Assembly (NCBI GenBank): GCA_023920165.1
Contig: CP089278.1
Span: 3,038,001 to 3,102,000, forward strand
Length of the DNA: 64,000 nt
Direction of reading: 5' to 3'
DNA from: Curvularia clavata
Taxonomy: Eukaryota
Shown: piece by piece, positions 13,219 through 25,690 of the stretch
Layout of the letters: each line of letters starts with the position of its first letter
How positions within the stretch are numbered: position 1 is the first letter of the stretch
Notes under the pieces: model-generated
What the model was told of the DNA's origin: nothing
Database searches by the model: none
The model's input: only the letters and a program-made list of their open reading frames with translations
Position numbers and translations under genes: made by a program

Positions 13219-14944
13219 TCACTCTCGCGGACCCGTCACTTCGGCACCTAGAGTGCCAGCCGCCAACTGTCCCAGTCCACCAAGAAACGTAAGGAACAAG
13301 GCCAGCGCAGTCGACTCTCCAGCAGATACCACGTCACCATCTGCCGCTGCTCCGTCCGACTCCATGGCCTCGACAGCTCGTTTCGTCTCTTCCGATGGCT
13401 GATAGGTAGTGTCAGGCTCACTAACAAATGAGCCCATGTCATCCGACTCTGGACTGTGCACCTTTCCCCTTGTACTCCGCCTGACAGCCCCAGCAGAAGC
13501 ACCGGGCTGTGCTGAACTGGCCGAGCCATTGGCTTTCTTCGAAGGACGCCCGCGCTTCTTCGGTGTTGTGTCGAGAGCTGGAACTTGTTCTTCGGCATGT
13601 TCCATGACTTTAGCCAACTCCTTTTTGAAGGCGACGTGCTTCTCGTGATTGGGTACCAGGAAAGAGAGTACGCTACTTTCCATTATGGAATGGACATCCA
13701 GGTCCCTGATAAAGGTCCAGGTAAGCAGGCTAATCATTGTAAAGAGCACATCAAGACTTGTGACACTGATGGCAGGATGCGTGGAGATGTGCTTGAGCTT
13801 TTGCCCAGCATTGCTGATGCTTCCCAAGAACTTATTCGCCTGAGGCGAGTCGGTCCTTCCAAACGAGTTGGTAAACAGGTCCCAGACATGGGACCGTGAG
13901 GAGGGCCTGTTCACATAGAGCAGAGTCGCCCACACCCGCCAGTATAGTAGAATCGAAGCCAGCGACAGTGCGTAGAAGACCTTGGCATAGAAGCGATGGG
14001 CTGCCGCCTTGGAGACATGTTCATACCCGAGTGCGAAAGGAACAAGCTAAAATTTGTTAGAAACGACTGTTTTGCTCGTAGCATATTACATACCTGTGGT
14101 GCAAAAGCGAAAGCAAGAGGCATGGCTAGATAGCCCACTCGCATCATGCTCTTGTCACCAAACTCAGAGACCAGTTGCGGGAAGAGGTTGAGTGTGATGA
14201 GTGATGCGACAATGCCCACGTCGTAAACGGCAGCGTACGGCGTGAACAGCGCATCATGCCGCGGCGTGCCCCCACGCTGTAGAGTCAATGGCGTGTACAA
14301 GATAGTGATGAAGAACAAGCTCAGGGAATATCCCAAGCTTCCGATGGAGCTCAATAGCACGAAAGACGCAATAGTGGTGTTGGAGAGATTGCGCCTACGT
14401 CCTGGAAGCGAGTCAGCAGCGCATTCCGCGTACACTTCCTCATAACATAACTATACGTACCCTCGGCGCCCATAAAGATAGAGCTTGCTATCAGTCCAAC
14501 AAAGTACTGGCTAGTGTAGAGGAACCCTTCAGGCTTCATGATACCGACAGCATCGAACTCGCGCACGAGATCTATATCAGCGATCCAGTCGCCCAAATGC
14601 CACTGCCCTTGCTCACTGCCGTACCAGCCACTCCATAGACTACCTGGGATTTCGTGTTTGTTATGTTCTGCCCAGCGCACATAGGAGATGGCGCGCCAAA
14701 GGAAGGCGAAGCTCCCCACCGAGACCAGTGACATGAGCGCGATGAAGGAGAAGACATAGGCATGGCGTCGGCGCGCGGGATCCTGAGAGCGCGTATGGAT
14801 TGAAGGCGGTTGTAAGCTGGCGGCGCGTCGAGTAGTGAGTAGCACGCGAGCTGTTAGAACAGTAACAAGCAAGACCTGCCCGCCGAAGAGTGCAATAGGA
14901 AGTGAGTTGCTCCGTGTAGCAGCGTCAGTCTCGACTGGCGCCAT
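13219..14944 (-). CDS. Conserved hypothetical multi-pass membrane protein with AT-hook-like motif; introns about 14402-14460 and 14048-14093
   Basis: Three ORFs are joined by canonical GT..CTAAC/CTGAC..AG introns. There are many hydrophobic segments and a KKRGRPSKK motif in the C-terminal loop. Confidence 0.75.
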
Positions 14945-15253
14945 GATTGCTGTACAAAACTATGAAGTCTCTAGACGTAGAGGAGAAGGCGCATCATGCG
15001 AGTACGACAGGAGACGAGATGATAAACAGCAACTCGAGCTAAATCAGCCGGAAGCAGCCATGTCTTGTTTTGAGCTGCGACGCGATTAGAATCCCCCGCT
15101 CACGTCACTGCACGTTAATCTTGTTATCCCTGTTGGACACTAGTCCAAGTGCGGCGTTAGCCGTCGATCTGGCGCCAACCGTCATCTTCATGTTAGCTCT
15201 AGCATGTGCGCGACGCGATCTTTTAAGCCTCCGACCACGATTCTGCGTTCACC

Positions 15254-16336
15254 ATGCCCCACACATACGGCGATGAAGACTTGGACATCAATGAAGAGAA
15301 ATACCACGAGTCTTCTGACGAGGACTTTGACCCCAATGCCGCCCCGGCCGAAGACGCATCGAGCTCTGAAGACGAAGACCATGTTACGATAGAGCCTGCA
15401 CAGCGCAAAAGTAAGCGAAAGGCGCTCAAGGATGAAGAACTCGACTCTGGAGATGAAGTCACTATACAAGCTGCGCGGCGGAAGCGGTCGAAGAAGAAAG
15501 GGGGGAAGGCGAGCAAAGACGACGATGCCGACTTGATCATATCGGACGATGAAGGCGGCGAGGGCGGTCTAATTAAGACGCGTGCGCAAAGAAGAATAGA
15601 GGGCAAGGAATTTAGACCGCTGGCAAGGACCGAAGGTGCGACTGTGGACGTAGATGCGTTGTGGGCTCAGATGATGGCGGCACCGTTGAAACCGATTCAA
15701 GAGCCAAAGCCACAAGAGGTGGACACAGCAAAGCACCACGCGCCCGTAACCGATATCCCTGCTTCTGCCGAAGAGGAAGAGCAAATCACTGTGAAAAAGA
15801 CTTTTACATTTGCTGGCCAGGACACGACCGAAGAGAAGCAAATACCCCGCTCCCAACTCGACGCATACCTCAAAGACGGCTGGAAACCGCAGGATACACC
15901 TGCAGCAGCCTCACCAACAGACACGTCCGAAAAGAGCGACTCCAAAATCCGCCGCCCCCTTCGCCGCCCCTCGCGCTTCGACCCCAACCCAACCGGCTAC
16001 GTGCGCGCCCTCGCTCCAGAATACCAACTCTCCTGGCCCCGCACATCCACTACCAACCCCCGACCCGAGCCCGAAACCGCCACAGACATTGAAGCAGCAA
16101 CAGCACCCAAGAAAGCAGAAAAGACGCACAAACTCAACGTTGTCGATAAGTCGCGCATGGACTGGACGGGTTTCGTTGATAAGGAGGGCATCGCGGAGGA
16201 ACTGGATACACATGGCAAGACCAAGGAGGCGTATCTGGGTCGCATGGAGTTCCTAGCTGGTGTGGAGGCGCGTAGGGAGGAGGAGAGAAGGAATGCGAAG
16301 ATTAAAGCAGCGAATGCGGCGCAGATGGCGGGGTGA
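15254..16336 (+). CDS. SWC5: SWR1 complex subunit Swc5 (BCNT/Bucentaur domain)
   Basis: Acidic N-terminus (YHESSDEDF), GGLIKTRAQR, and C-terminal BCNT domain KLNVVDKSRMDWTGFVDKEGIAEEL...YLGRMEFL. Confidence 0.93.
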   Translation: MPHTYGDEDLDINEEKYHESSDEDFDPNAAPAEDASSSEDEDHVTIEPAQRKSKRKALKDEELDSGDEVTIQAARRKRSKKKGGKASKDDDADLIISDDEGGEGGLIKTRAQRRIEGKEFRPLARTEGATVDVDALWAQMMAAPLKPIQEPKPQEVDTAKHHAPVTDIPASAEEEEQITVKKTFTFAGQDTTEEKQIPRSQLDAYLKDGWKPQDTPAAASPTDTSEKSDSKIRRPLRRPSRFDPNPTGYVRALAPEYQLSWPRTSTTNPRPEPETATDIEAATAPKKAEKTHKLNVVDKSRMDWTGFVDKEGIAEELDTHGKTKEAYLGRMEFLAGVEARREEERRNAKIKAANAAQMAG

Positions 16337-16906
16337 GGCTGCCGCTTCGTGCTGGGGGGTTAGTGCATGTGTAGTCCGTTTATTGTCAATGATACCCAAC
16401 GATTTTTCTTGATTGAAAAGAGTGTTATATCTGCCATGCTGTGATCCAGCCCACTGAGCGTGACTGGCCGAAGTAGTGTGTGTATTTACTCATTGCAATA
16501 GCGGAGACATGTCAAGGGCATACAAAATCTCTAGGGAACATACTTTTGTTCTCAAAATGTAAATATGACCTCGATACACGCATCTTATATTACATAGTCA
16601 AGAAGAAAAAAAAGGGAACGACAAAAAATGTGTCCCTATCCAACAGGACCAAATCAAGATACCATTGGCCCAAAGGTGTCTTGCGAAGACCAGGCTGGGT
16701 AGATACGACAGAGTGAGGCGCTACAAATAACGCCCAAGATGCAAGCGCAAATGCCCATGGTATGCGTCGACAACCCATAATGCGTGATGAAGACTGTGAC
16801 AAGGAAAAAAAAACCATCCAGAATGGCAGCCAGTTACCAGAGACAACCGCATGTGTCGGAAATTCACCTTGAACCATCCTCATGATCTCACCTCCTCACA
16901 TCCTGA

Positions 16907-19900
16907 TTATTCAAACCCTGGCTCCTCCAGCACCGAGAAAAACTCATCTTCATCACCCTCATCATAGTCATATTCGTCTCCGTCCGCCCCGCTACCCTGT
17001 ACCGGAGCCTTGACGGGTTTCGGCTTCAAGTTCGAGCGGATCGGCAGTACCATGGATCTTGTATTAGCAATGCTATTGGCCTTGATCTTACAAAGCTCTG
17101 CTCCCGCCATCTTGAAGACGAAGCTCAACTTATCGGGTTTGTGGTACTTTCTGTAAAGTGCGGAGGCCTTAATTGCGTCCCACAGACATGATCCGGGTCG
17201 AAGATAAGGTGTCAACAGAGGCTTGATTTCGGGATCGTCGGGGTCGTCGGGCTGTATGGCTAGGTACTTTTGATAGCACTTTTCTACCTCTGCGTTTGCA
17301 TTCTCTGCTATGCCTGGAGAGTGCCATGTGGTATTCCATGCAGAGCGCACATTGCCCAGCTTCTGGTCCAGGGAGAACAGTTCCTTTTTCAGCACGTCTG
17401 ATTGTTTGTCGTAGAGATGCTGACTTGGATATAGCAATGCTTCATCCGGTTCATCGGCATTCGCTAGGACCTCTTTGACTTGCTTTATCGTCTCATCGTT
17501 GTGCGCCCGGACAATGTCGAAATAGAGATAATCCAGGATATTGTTGGGTTTGTAACGATACGGCTTCCTTCGAACGCTCTCCACATCCTTCGTCTTTGTC
17601 TTTCCGCAGTCCTCAATCGCCCTCTTGTAAGCCGGCGTTCCTGGTTTTCGTTTGCCAAGCAATCGATCCAAGAAGGCTTTGTAATTCTCCTTGGTTAGGA
17701 TGTACCCTTGCTTGCTCGCGTCGACCAGCAGGTCATGCATATCGTAGAGCTGTTCATGAATTCTAGAATGGATGCAGTTTGTGCTGTAGGAGTGACTTTC
17801 ACCGAGATTGGTAACTGCACCTAGCAGCGAAGGTTTGTAACGGAATTCGATGGCTTCCTTCAGGAACTTGTCTAGGTTTTCGGGGTTCTCGAGATCCACA
17901 ACCTGATCAAGTTTCTCGGTCTTCGTTTCGATACCATATTGAGAAGGATCTGGAGACTGGACTGGCGCAGGGGCGTTGTAAAACGGCTGTACAAGTGTAG
18001 GTTCCCAGCAAATCCAGAATATGTCGCCATCGTAATCGCCTCCTTGTAGTTTTCCAGCCAAAGGGTAGGGGCCTTTTGATGAGAAGACAACCACGTCTAC
18101 TAAATGCGATAGCTTAGGATGTACGACCGTCTTCACCCTCTGGATATCGGAGCGGCGACAGGCAGGCTGGCGAGCGACTAGGGCTTCCATGTCTCTGAGG
18201 CAGAGGTACCTCTCATCTGACGACTCGTCAATGAATGAAGTGGAGAACAAGACCTGAATCTGTCCAGGCTCCAGCTCGCCCAATGGGTCTGCTACTCCGT
18301 ACAGAAATGTAGACTTTGGGAGCGGTACACGTAGTTTAGCCTCTTGTAATATTTGCTTGGCCTGGATGAACCGCTCAAGATTTTGAGCAAGGTAGGCAAA
18401 CTTGAGAGGGTCGAAGCCAGACTCCAACAGAAGTTGAATTCTTTCCTCAAGCGACACCGGCAGACCGGCTTGCCAAATGACCTCCTCTCCTGGCTTAGCC
18501 TTTGCTCCGTTTCGATATATCCACTCGTGCAACTTCACCAGATCACCAACAACATCCAATAGCTTCATCCGGTCGTTTTCGAGGCAATCGGACATGAGAT
18601 TTGAGATCGCTTCCCTCGATACACCTCTATCTATTAATATTGGAATGAAGGACACATGCAGCTCAGACGGAGATGGCGCAGAGCTATAGTTCGATACTTC
18701 GAAAGTACGGTGGTGAGGAGGTTTATCATGTGGTAGATCGAACTTTTTCTGACTCCCATTGATTTTGATCCAGGGCTTCAAGTGCCTTGGGTCTTTGGTG
18801 TACGAGTCTGTATTTATCACCCAAAGTCCTTTAGCACCACCTATTCGCCCCTGAAAAGCACTAGGCAAGGGACCAGTGACTCCTGTGGTTTCTTTGTAGA
18901 GTCTCCATATCTCCTTTGCTGCACCCACCGACATGGTGCAACACCCATCATTCATGACCACCTTATCGGGTAAAGGGGGCCAATCAAGTTTGAAGTCGTT
19001 GAACTGAGTATCTTCAGCGTCTTTTGTACTCATCATGTCGGGTTCGTGATCCATCTGTCCATTTTCGAAACAGAGAGTGGGTATAGTCCGGGAAAGTCCA
19101 AGGTCGATGCGAGCAAAGACCTTACAGAGGAGCTGCTTATGATTCAGGCGCATGGGTAGGAACTTGTTCAGCATCTGACCAATTGTATAGGGTTGGTCAA
19201 TGTCAGCGCCTTCTGTGGCAAAAAGAACAATCCTCATGTCGTGTTCCGCATCCTTATTAACCTTCTTCAAGTTTTCAACATGAAATACTCTCCACTTGCG
19301 ACCCAGGAAGGTATGTTCCTTGTGCAACCATTTCTCCCACTGCTTTTGGATTTGCTTCTTTTGTTCCTGGACGAAGCGACGGCATTTAGAAGATGCGAAA
19401 TTGGGTGAGCGCACGTAAAGGAACCTGTCTGAACCGAACATCCGCTGCAGTCGACACGACTTGTCTCGTTGCACCGTCAGCGAATTGAGGTACAGGGGCG
19501 GACCTGTTTGTTTGGAGTTGAGAGTGATGTTTGCTTTGAACGTGTAACCATCAAATTGCTGTTTCTCTGCCTGCCAAAGATGACTCGAGTAGCGTGATTT
19601 GACTGCGGGTTTGCGCAACCGCTGGAGATGTTTATTCATAGTTCCCCAAAAGGCATCTGGATTAAGAAACGTTTCTGGCTTGGCAATGGCACCAACAGTG
19701 TCGCGCAAAGAAATAGACGACTCCAAGGCGATTCCACAGCTTATGAACAGCACGAAAAAGGGAACGAATTCCAACTCCTCCGGGAGTATTTCCACAAAAA
19801 GATGTTGGTCTGGTATGGTGCGTATTCCGTAATACTGTGTCTTTTCAAACTCAACTCTGTCATTGGGCTCAAGGAGCTCAGCCGTCTTTTCAACTTCAAA

Positions 19901-21269
19901 TGAGACATTAACAAGTTCGTCTTCGTCTACAGAACCAAAAGTGGATCTGCTTTGCACGCTGCTCTCTTGGGAGAAGATCTTATTCAAGTCTTCCTGTATG
20001 TCTTGCTCACGGATTCCGTGGTCTTGAGGCAATATCCCGCATTGCATTTCTGCCTGGAGAAGGGCGTCGTCGTCCGAGGAGTAGGCTGTAGTGGAGCTCG
20101 TTCTGTTGTTCGGTTTTGAATACGAAATGCTCTGTCCATGGATGTTGGTGTCACTGTTGTACGACGCGAAGGAAGTCGTTGCAGTGTTTGCGGTCTCTTG
20201 GGAGGAGAAAGTGCTGTTGTTGAAGGACGTGTTCGCTGAGCTGTCGCGACTTGTCTGAAATGAGGGTGCCATTTCACGGGTCGGTTTCTTGAACCGTGTC
20301 TGTCGGACTGACAGAGGGGTGACTGTCTGTTTTCCTCTCAGGGTTTTTGTCAACTTCGAAGAGGTCTCAGAATGATCACAGTCCAAGGGTCGTTTCCTCG
20401 TCATTTGCAAAGAGACACTTTTACTTGCCTGAGGAGATGCATGCGTAGGCCTAAGAAATGGCGAAGGAGATGGCGAGCGCGCCTCAAATTCCAAGTTTGT
20501 TTCATTGTCGGTGTCTTCGTCTGTGGGCGATCCTGGATCTATAGCGGTCACATACGACTCACGTGATTCCCACGACTCGCGTTCCTGTCGTCGGTCGGTA
20601 CGCAAAGGACTGAGTGTTTGCGACATGCTGGTTGTTTCTGTTTGTGATGTCTTGCCTGATTCCGTTCGCAATTCGCCAATTCTTTCTATTCGTATGTTAG
20701 TGCTTCAATCCCATGAGGGGTTCATAACTTCTGATGAAGGCTCCGAAGTAGAGAGATCTGACTCTGAGGCAGCCATGGAAAGTGACCATGATGTCCGCGA
20801 CGATGTCCTAGAGTAAACATCTATAGATGTTTGTCCCAGGAAGAGTTTACTAACCGCAGGAAGAAGAGACAAGACTTCTAGACTGTCCAATGTTTTGCGT
20901 CCTGACCTTTGAGGGGGTTACGCACTTCTTTGCCGCATTCGACAACAACTCGTACAATAAACTGAGGCGCTCCTGGGGTTGTTTACCCCAAGCACGGTTG
21001 TTAAACTCATCAATTGTATGATCAAGAGCTGATTCATCTTTGTACGTTAAATGTTGAATGTGACCGTAGACCTTGTTGGCTATGTCATTGGGGCTGAACT
21101 TTGTTGGTGAATAATTGAAGCCTCGTATTTTGATACCAAGGCTCCATTTGTCGTTGATTTCGCGGACCCGCCGGTCGATACGCTCTCCATGTGAGAGGAA
21201 CTGGTACGGCGTGCTTGGAAGCGAAGGAGGTGCGGGAGGACCCTTGGCCCTAGCATGAGCCGGCGGCAT
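16907..21269 (-). CDS. qde-1: RNA-dependent RNA polymerase, QDE-1 (quelling) type; intron 20686-20854
   Basis: Eukaryotic RdRP motifs RMFGSDRFL, MNDG, PSAFQGRIGGAKGLW, GVADPLGELEPGQI and catalytic KLQGGDYDGDIFWICW (DYDGD as in Neurospora QDE-1). The upstream exon starting MPPAHARAKG joins in frame via GTTAGT..CTAAC..TAG. Confidence 0.93.
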
Positions 21270-21832
21270 GCGGGGCAGTAGCTGTCCTGCCCGCTTGGTG
21301 ACACAGGGATGAACCCTCAAGATGAGCACACATGTGTACCAAGAAGAACAGCGTCGAGATGCCGTATGATGAAGAGGGGAGAGGCAAGCAACCCAAGGCT
21401 GAGTATGCCAGACCTGGGCGGTTAATGCTTCGGTGATACGATTACTGGTCTGTGCACAACACGTCTTCGCGGTGTCACGGGAGATGCTCATTCACGTAGC
21501 TTCATCCACCAACCCTTGCGCCGCGCAAACAAGAAGCCATTTCGCTTATGCAAGACAAGGGGGGAGGATCTGAATCAGGCAGGGCAGTGGGGTAAGTGTT
21601 GGAGATGCATGAAAACCCACCATATGGTGCATAGACAGGGAACACGAGTGACACAAGACAGGACGGGTGGGAAGAAAGAATAACGTGTGTCACATTTGAC
21701 TCGATTACGGTCGTCTAGATTGGTGCCGTGTCGCTTTTCGCATTTTTGGCGGATATATCCCAACCATGCAATTGGTATTCGTAAATTTCAACATGAATCG
21801 TGAACCGACCCCGCGCCTTGAGCCGTCCAAGT

Positions 21833-22577
21833 TTAAACCTTCATCTCCTCGAGACCGTGCTTCCAGACGGTAACGTAGGGGGTGACACCGTCCTCACGGT
21901 AGTTGAGGAGGACGATCATACCGTCGGGGTTCATGGACTCGCCGGTGAAAAACTCGTAGTCCTTGAAGTTGCCAATGATCTTCTTGGCGAAGCCCGAAGC
22001 CTTGGACTCGAAGTCCTTGATGGTAGCCTCGTCGGCGCCCTTGCTGACGAGAGCCTCCTTGACGGACTTCATGTAGCCTGTTAAGTCGTCAGTACTGGGG
22101 TCGGCGTGTGGTGCTGATGCGCCCTACCCTTGAGGTATGTGAGGTAGCCCTTCTTGTCGAAGCCGGTCTCGTTCAGGCGGAAAGAGTGGACGACATCGAT
22201 CTTGGTCTCGACGGAATCATCGGCACCCTCCTCCTGCTCCTCAGCGGAAGCATTGGCGCCAGTGTCTGCGGGGTTGTTAGGCCAGATAGGTGTACCACAG
22301 CATGGCTAGTACGCACCGAATGTCTCTCCTCCGACAGTGATCTTGCGGCAGTCGGCCTCGTAGGCGACGCCATCAACCTCCTTGAGGTCATACGAGTCGG
22401 AGATGATCTCGTCACCGGTGATGATGTCCTGGGAGCATGTCAATACTGTGTTTCTGGCGTGCTTGGGTCTGGATGCGCAGAGCAGAGTGAAGCGGGACAG
22501 CGAAGGCGGGGTAGTTGCGCGGGCAGGAGAGCGCCAGGGAGGCGGCGGTAGCAGCAACGTACCTTGTAGATGATCAT
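21833..22577 (-). CDS. TMA19: Translationally controlled tumor protein (TCTP), 4 exons
   Basis: [40 protein letters not shown], and C-terminal [39 protein letters not shown]. Confidence 0.97.
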
Positions 22578-23251
22578 GTTGGCGGCGTATGTGTGTCTGG
22601 AGAATGCGTGCGAGAAAGAGTGTGGGCTGGTCGGGGGCTGGAGGAATCTTTCTGTCACTCGGGCGGAAAGGAAGCGCGGGACTATAAGGGCGTGAGAGAG
22701 AATTTGGTGGGGTCGAAAATTGGGTTAGGGCGGTCTAGCCGCAAGCGGACGGGCGCCACCCGTGGCTGGAGTGTGGCGAGTGCGGTCCAGCGTGGCGCAC
22801 GGGCCTAGGTCCGGGCTGCTGCTGCCCTTTTGGCCCGGGCCAGGAAAATATCATGATGCGGCGGCCGTGTATTGCATTTCCACTCTTTGCGCCCGTGCTT
22901 CTCCTTGTCACAGGCACGCAGCCAAGCAGCCCAGCGGCACCACCCTCACACGACCTTGTCCCTGCCCTCGCTCTGCCCACCTCAGCCTCTCCTTAACGAG
23001 CCTTTCTGCCCGCTCATCTAAATTGCACGCCCATCGTCCGCTGATCCACACGCATCCGTCCTCCGTCTATCCGCTGCATCGCTCCTTCTCCCTAATTTCC
23101 TTGGTCCGACGCTTCCGCTCTCTCGCCATCCACCGTCACCGCCCCAGCCTGCCTTGTAACCCTCTCACCAGCACGCCCTACGCCATCTCCCTCGCTGCAT
23201 AGCTACACCTGTAATCTGTAATCCGCTCTGCTCGAGCTCCATTGCTGCACC

Positions 23252-24623
23252 ATGGCCAGCGCAAACGCAACAACATCCTACTACCAACTACCTCCGCTAC
23301 CCGAATACACCCTCCGCCCACTGCAGCCACTCACAACATGGGCATCCGATGCCTTCATACAAGCTGCACTGCCCGTCGTCGGCTACTGGGTCGTCTCCCT
23401 CATATTCCACGCCATTGACGTATACGACCTGTTCCCCCAGTACCGACTGCACACGCCAGCAGAGGTCCTGAAGCGCAATCACGTTTCGCGGTACGAAGTC
23501 TTGCGCGACGTCATTCTCCAACAAATCATCCAGATTGTTGCGTCCTTCAGCCTTTCAATCTTCGACGAGGCTCCAACAACCGGTAAAGCCGACTATGACG
23601 TCGCTTGGTACGCCCAGAAGATTCGCCTCGCACAACGCGCAGTTCCGTACGTCCTGTCCGCTGTGGGCGTGGATCCCATTGCCCTGGCCTCAAAGGTTGC
23701 TTCTTCACAGCCAACAATCTCCTCGATCCTCGCCGGTGGCAAATACCCCATGTTGCTGCAGTCAACCGTGGTTGCGGGGGAGCAGACATGGGTCCCGGCT
23801 TTTGCTTCTTGGGAACTGGCTGTCGCTAGCTTTGCCTATTGGTACGCAATTCCAGCCTTCCAGTTCAGCGCTGCTGTGGTGATCATGGATGCGTGGGAAT
23901 ACATGCTGCACCGCGCAATGCACCTCAACAAATGGCTATACGGTATGCTCGGCTCTACTCAACCTCTCTAGCTTCTGATTAACAGACATAGTCACCTTTC
24001 ACTCACGCCACCACCGACTCTACGTCCCCTATGCCTATGGCGCACTGTACAATCACCCCATCGAAGGCTTCGCGCTAGACACCCTTGGCGCCGGTCTCAG
24101 CTACCTGCTCACTGGCCTTACCATGCGACAATCCATGTGGTTCTTCACCGGCTCAACTGTCAAGACTGTGCTTGACCACAGCGGCTACGAATTCCCCTAC
24201 GACCCTATCCACTGGATCTTCCCTAACAACGCCGCCTACCATGATATCCACCACCAGAGCTGGGGTATCAAGACCAACTTCTCACAACCATTCTTCGTCT
24301 ATCTCGACCGAATTGGAGGCACCATGTACAAGGGCGATGTGGCTGCTAAATACGAGCGCGCTCGCATCACGGCGCAGCACAAGCTCGACCAGGATAAGGA
24401 AAACGAAGTGACTGGTGTTTCAACAACCGCTGCTGCAGCTTCCAGCCCAACTCAAGACGACTCCTCGCTCCCCCAGGGAGCTTCCACACCCCGCATTTCG
24501 CGGAAAAAGGCGGGCAGCATCTCCTCGTCGGCGGGCGCCAATTTCAAAGATTTGACCAACAAGGTCAACCAAAACCTGCATGGCAGGAGAGCTAACGTCC
24601 TTGGACTAGAAAGTTCGCATTGA
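23252..24623 (+). CDS. SUR2: Sphingolipid (sphinganine) C4-hydroxylase; intron 23943-23991
   Basis: Fatty-acid hydroxylase His boxes HRAMH, HSRHH, DHSGY and HDIHH; YRLHTPAEVLKRNHVSR; WGIKTNFSQPFF. Confidence 0.95.
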
Positions 24624-25029
24624 TTGGGCTGTGTGACTGCATTCGTAGACAAGATCCTTTTGGCTACTATAGTAATGTCTAGTTAGTACTACACCACCCT
24701 TCGCTTCGTTCTAGCAGCATCAGCCTTGCGGTTCTTCTTGCTCCATCTAGGATAGTCTACCCTTCATCATTCGCTTATGTATTGTACGATTCTGGGCCGG
24801 CGTTTACTGGATGGTGGGATCATTACCAAATTTAAGATTTATTATGTTCTATCAAATATGCTTGTGCCATATTGTCATTGCCGATTTCCGTTTACCTCCA
24901 ATATGGGCAAACTTGCGTGTGACTAGTACGTCCGTTTGCTTCTGAATGCGCAAACTTGCCTGGGACTTGTATGCTTCCACTATACACCTGAAGTCGTCTC
25001 TTCGAGTATACATACATATATCGCAGAAT

Positions 25030-25326
25030 TAGCTCTCCCTCCATCAAGCGTCACTCATCTTGCCTCACTGGGTGGGTCCCCTAGCAATAATAGTTCCATA
25101 GCGATTAGCACTATGACTAGAACTGGGTTGCTCGCTAGGGGAGCGCCTGTCGTCCGTAGGACCAGAGTTCGATTCGGACCAAAACCGAAAGTGTTCGAGT
25201 TGAATGCGAGTCTGATCCGGAAGACAGGCGTGGGTGGGGCAACGGAGGCTTCAAGTCAGTCGACGGCTTGATAAGAACCAACGGTTTGATTCATATCGTA
25301 ACCTTGATTTTTGCCCTTTTTTTTTT
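25030..25326 (+). ncRNA. Candidate structured non-coding RNA of unknown family
   Basis: Nested helices 25043-55/25258-72 and 25060-69/25233-42 close two long arms. G-U pairs favour the + strand. It carries an internal GTTCGATTC, a 3' hairpin, GATTTTTG and a T10 run. Confidence 0.55.
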
Positions 25327-25690
25327 ATTCATCACAGATAACAGTTCCTTTCTGGAAATTAATATTGCCTCTATTTTCTAATTTCCAAGTTCGTGTCGAA
25401 GATTCACTGTCATAATTGAACAGTGGAACCCTCTTCTTAACAGTGTCACCTCCATCGCTTTCCAAGACCATGCGAATACTGAAAACTCAACTCGTGGTTT
25501 CACAACGTACCCTACTCACCAACTCGTTGCACTGTTGTCTTTTACAGCGTCTGAATTTAGTACTTATTTGGTAGTCTCCTCTCTCCTTAATCATTCCACT
25601 ACACAACAAACAGACCAAGGCTCTAATCTCAATCACGAATATCACATAAAACGTTATAATCACAAGCAGGTTGTATCAAGCGCAGTCAAT

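Noticed and set aside
16907..20671. RdRP as an endogenous viral element
   Set aside because: The DxDGD double-psi-barrel motifs and a spliceosomal intron mark it as a cellular RNAi polymerase, not a viral GDD-type enzyme.
25030..25326. Assignment of the structured element to SRP RNA, U1/U2/U4/U5, RNase P/MRP or H/ACA snoRNA
   Set aside because: Diagnostic motifs are absent (SRP GCTGTAATGGC and helix-8 AGG..AGCAG, U1 ACTTACC, U5 GCCTTTTAC, MRP GARAGTC). The 3' hairpin is too short and has no adjacent ACA box.
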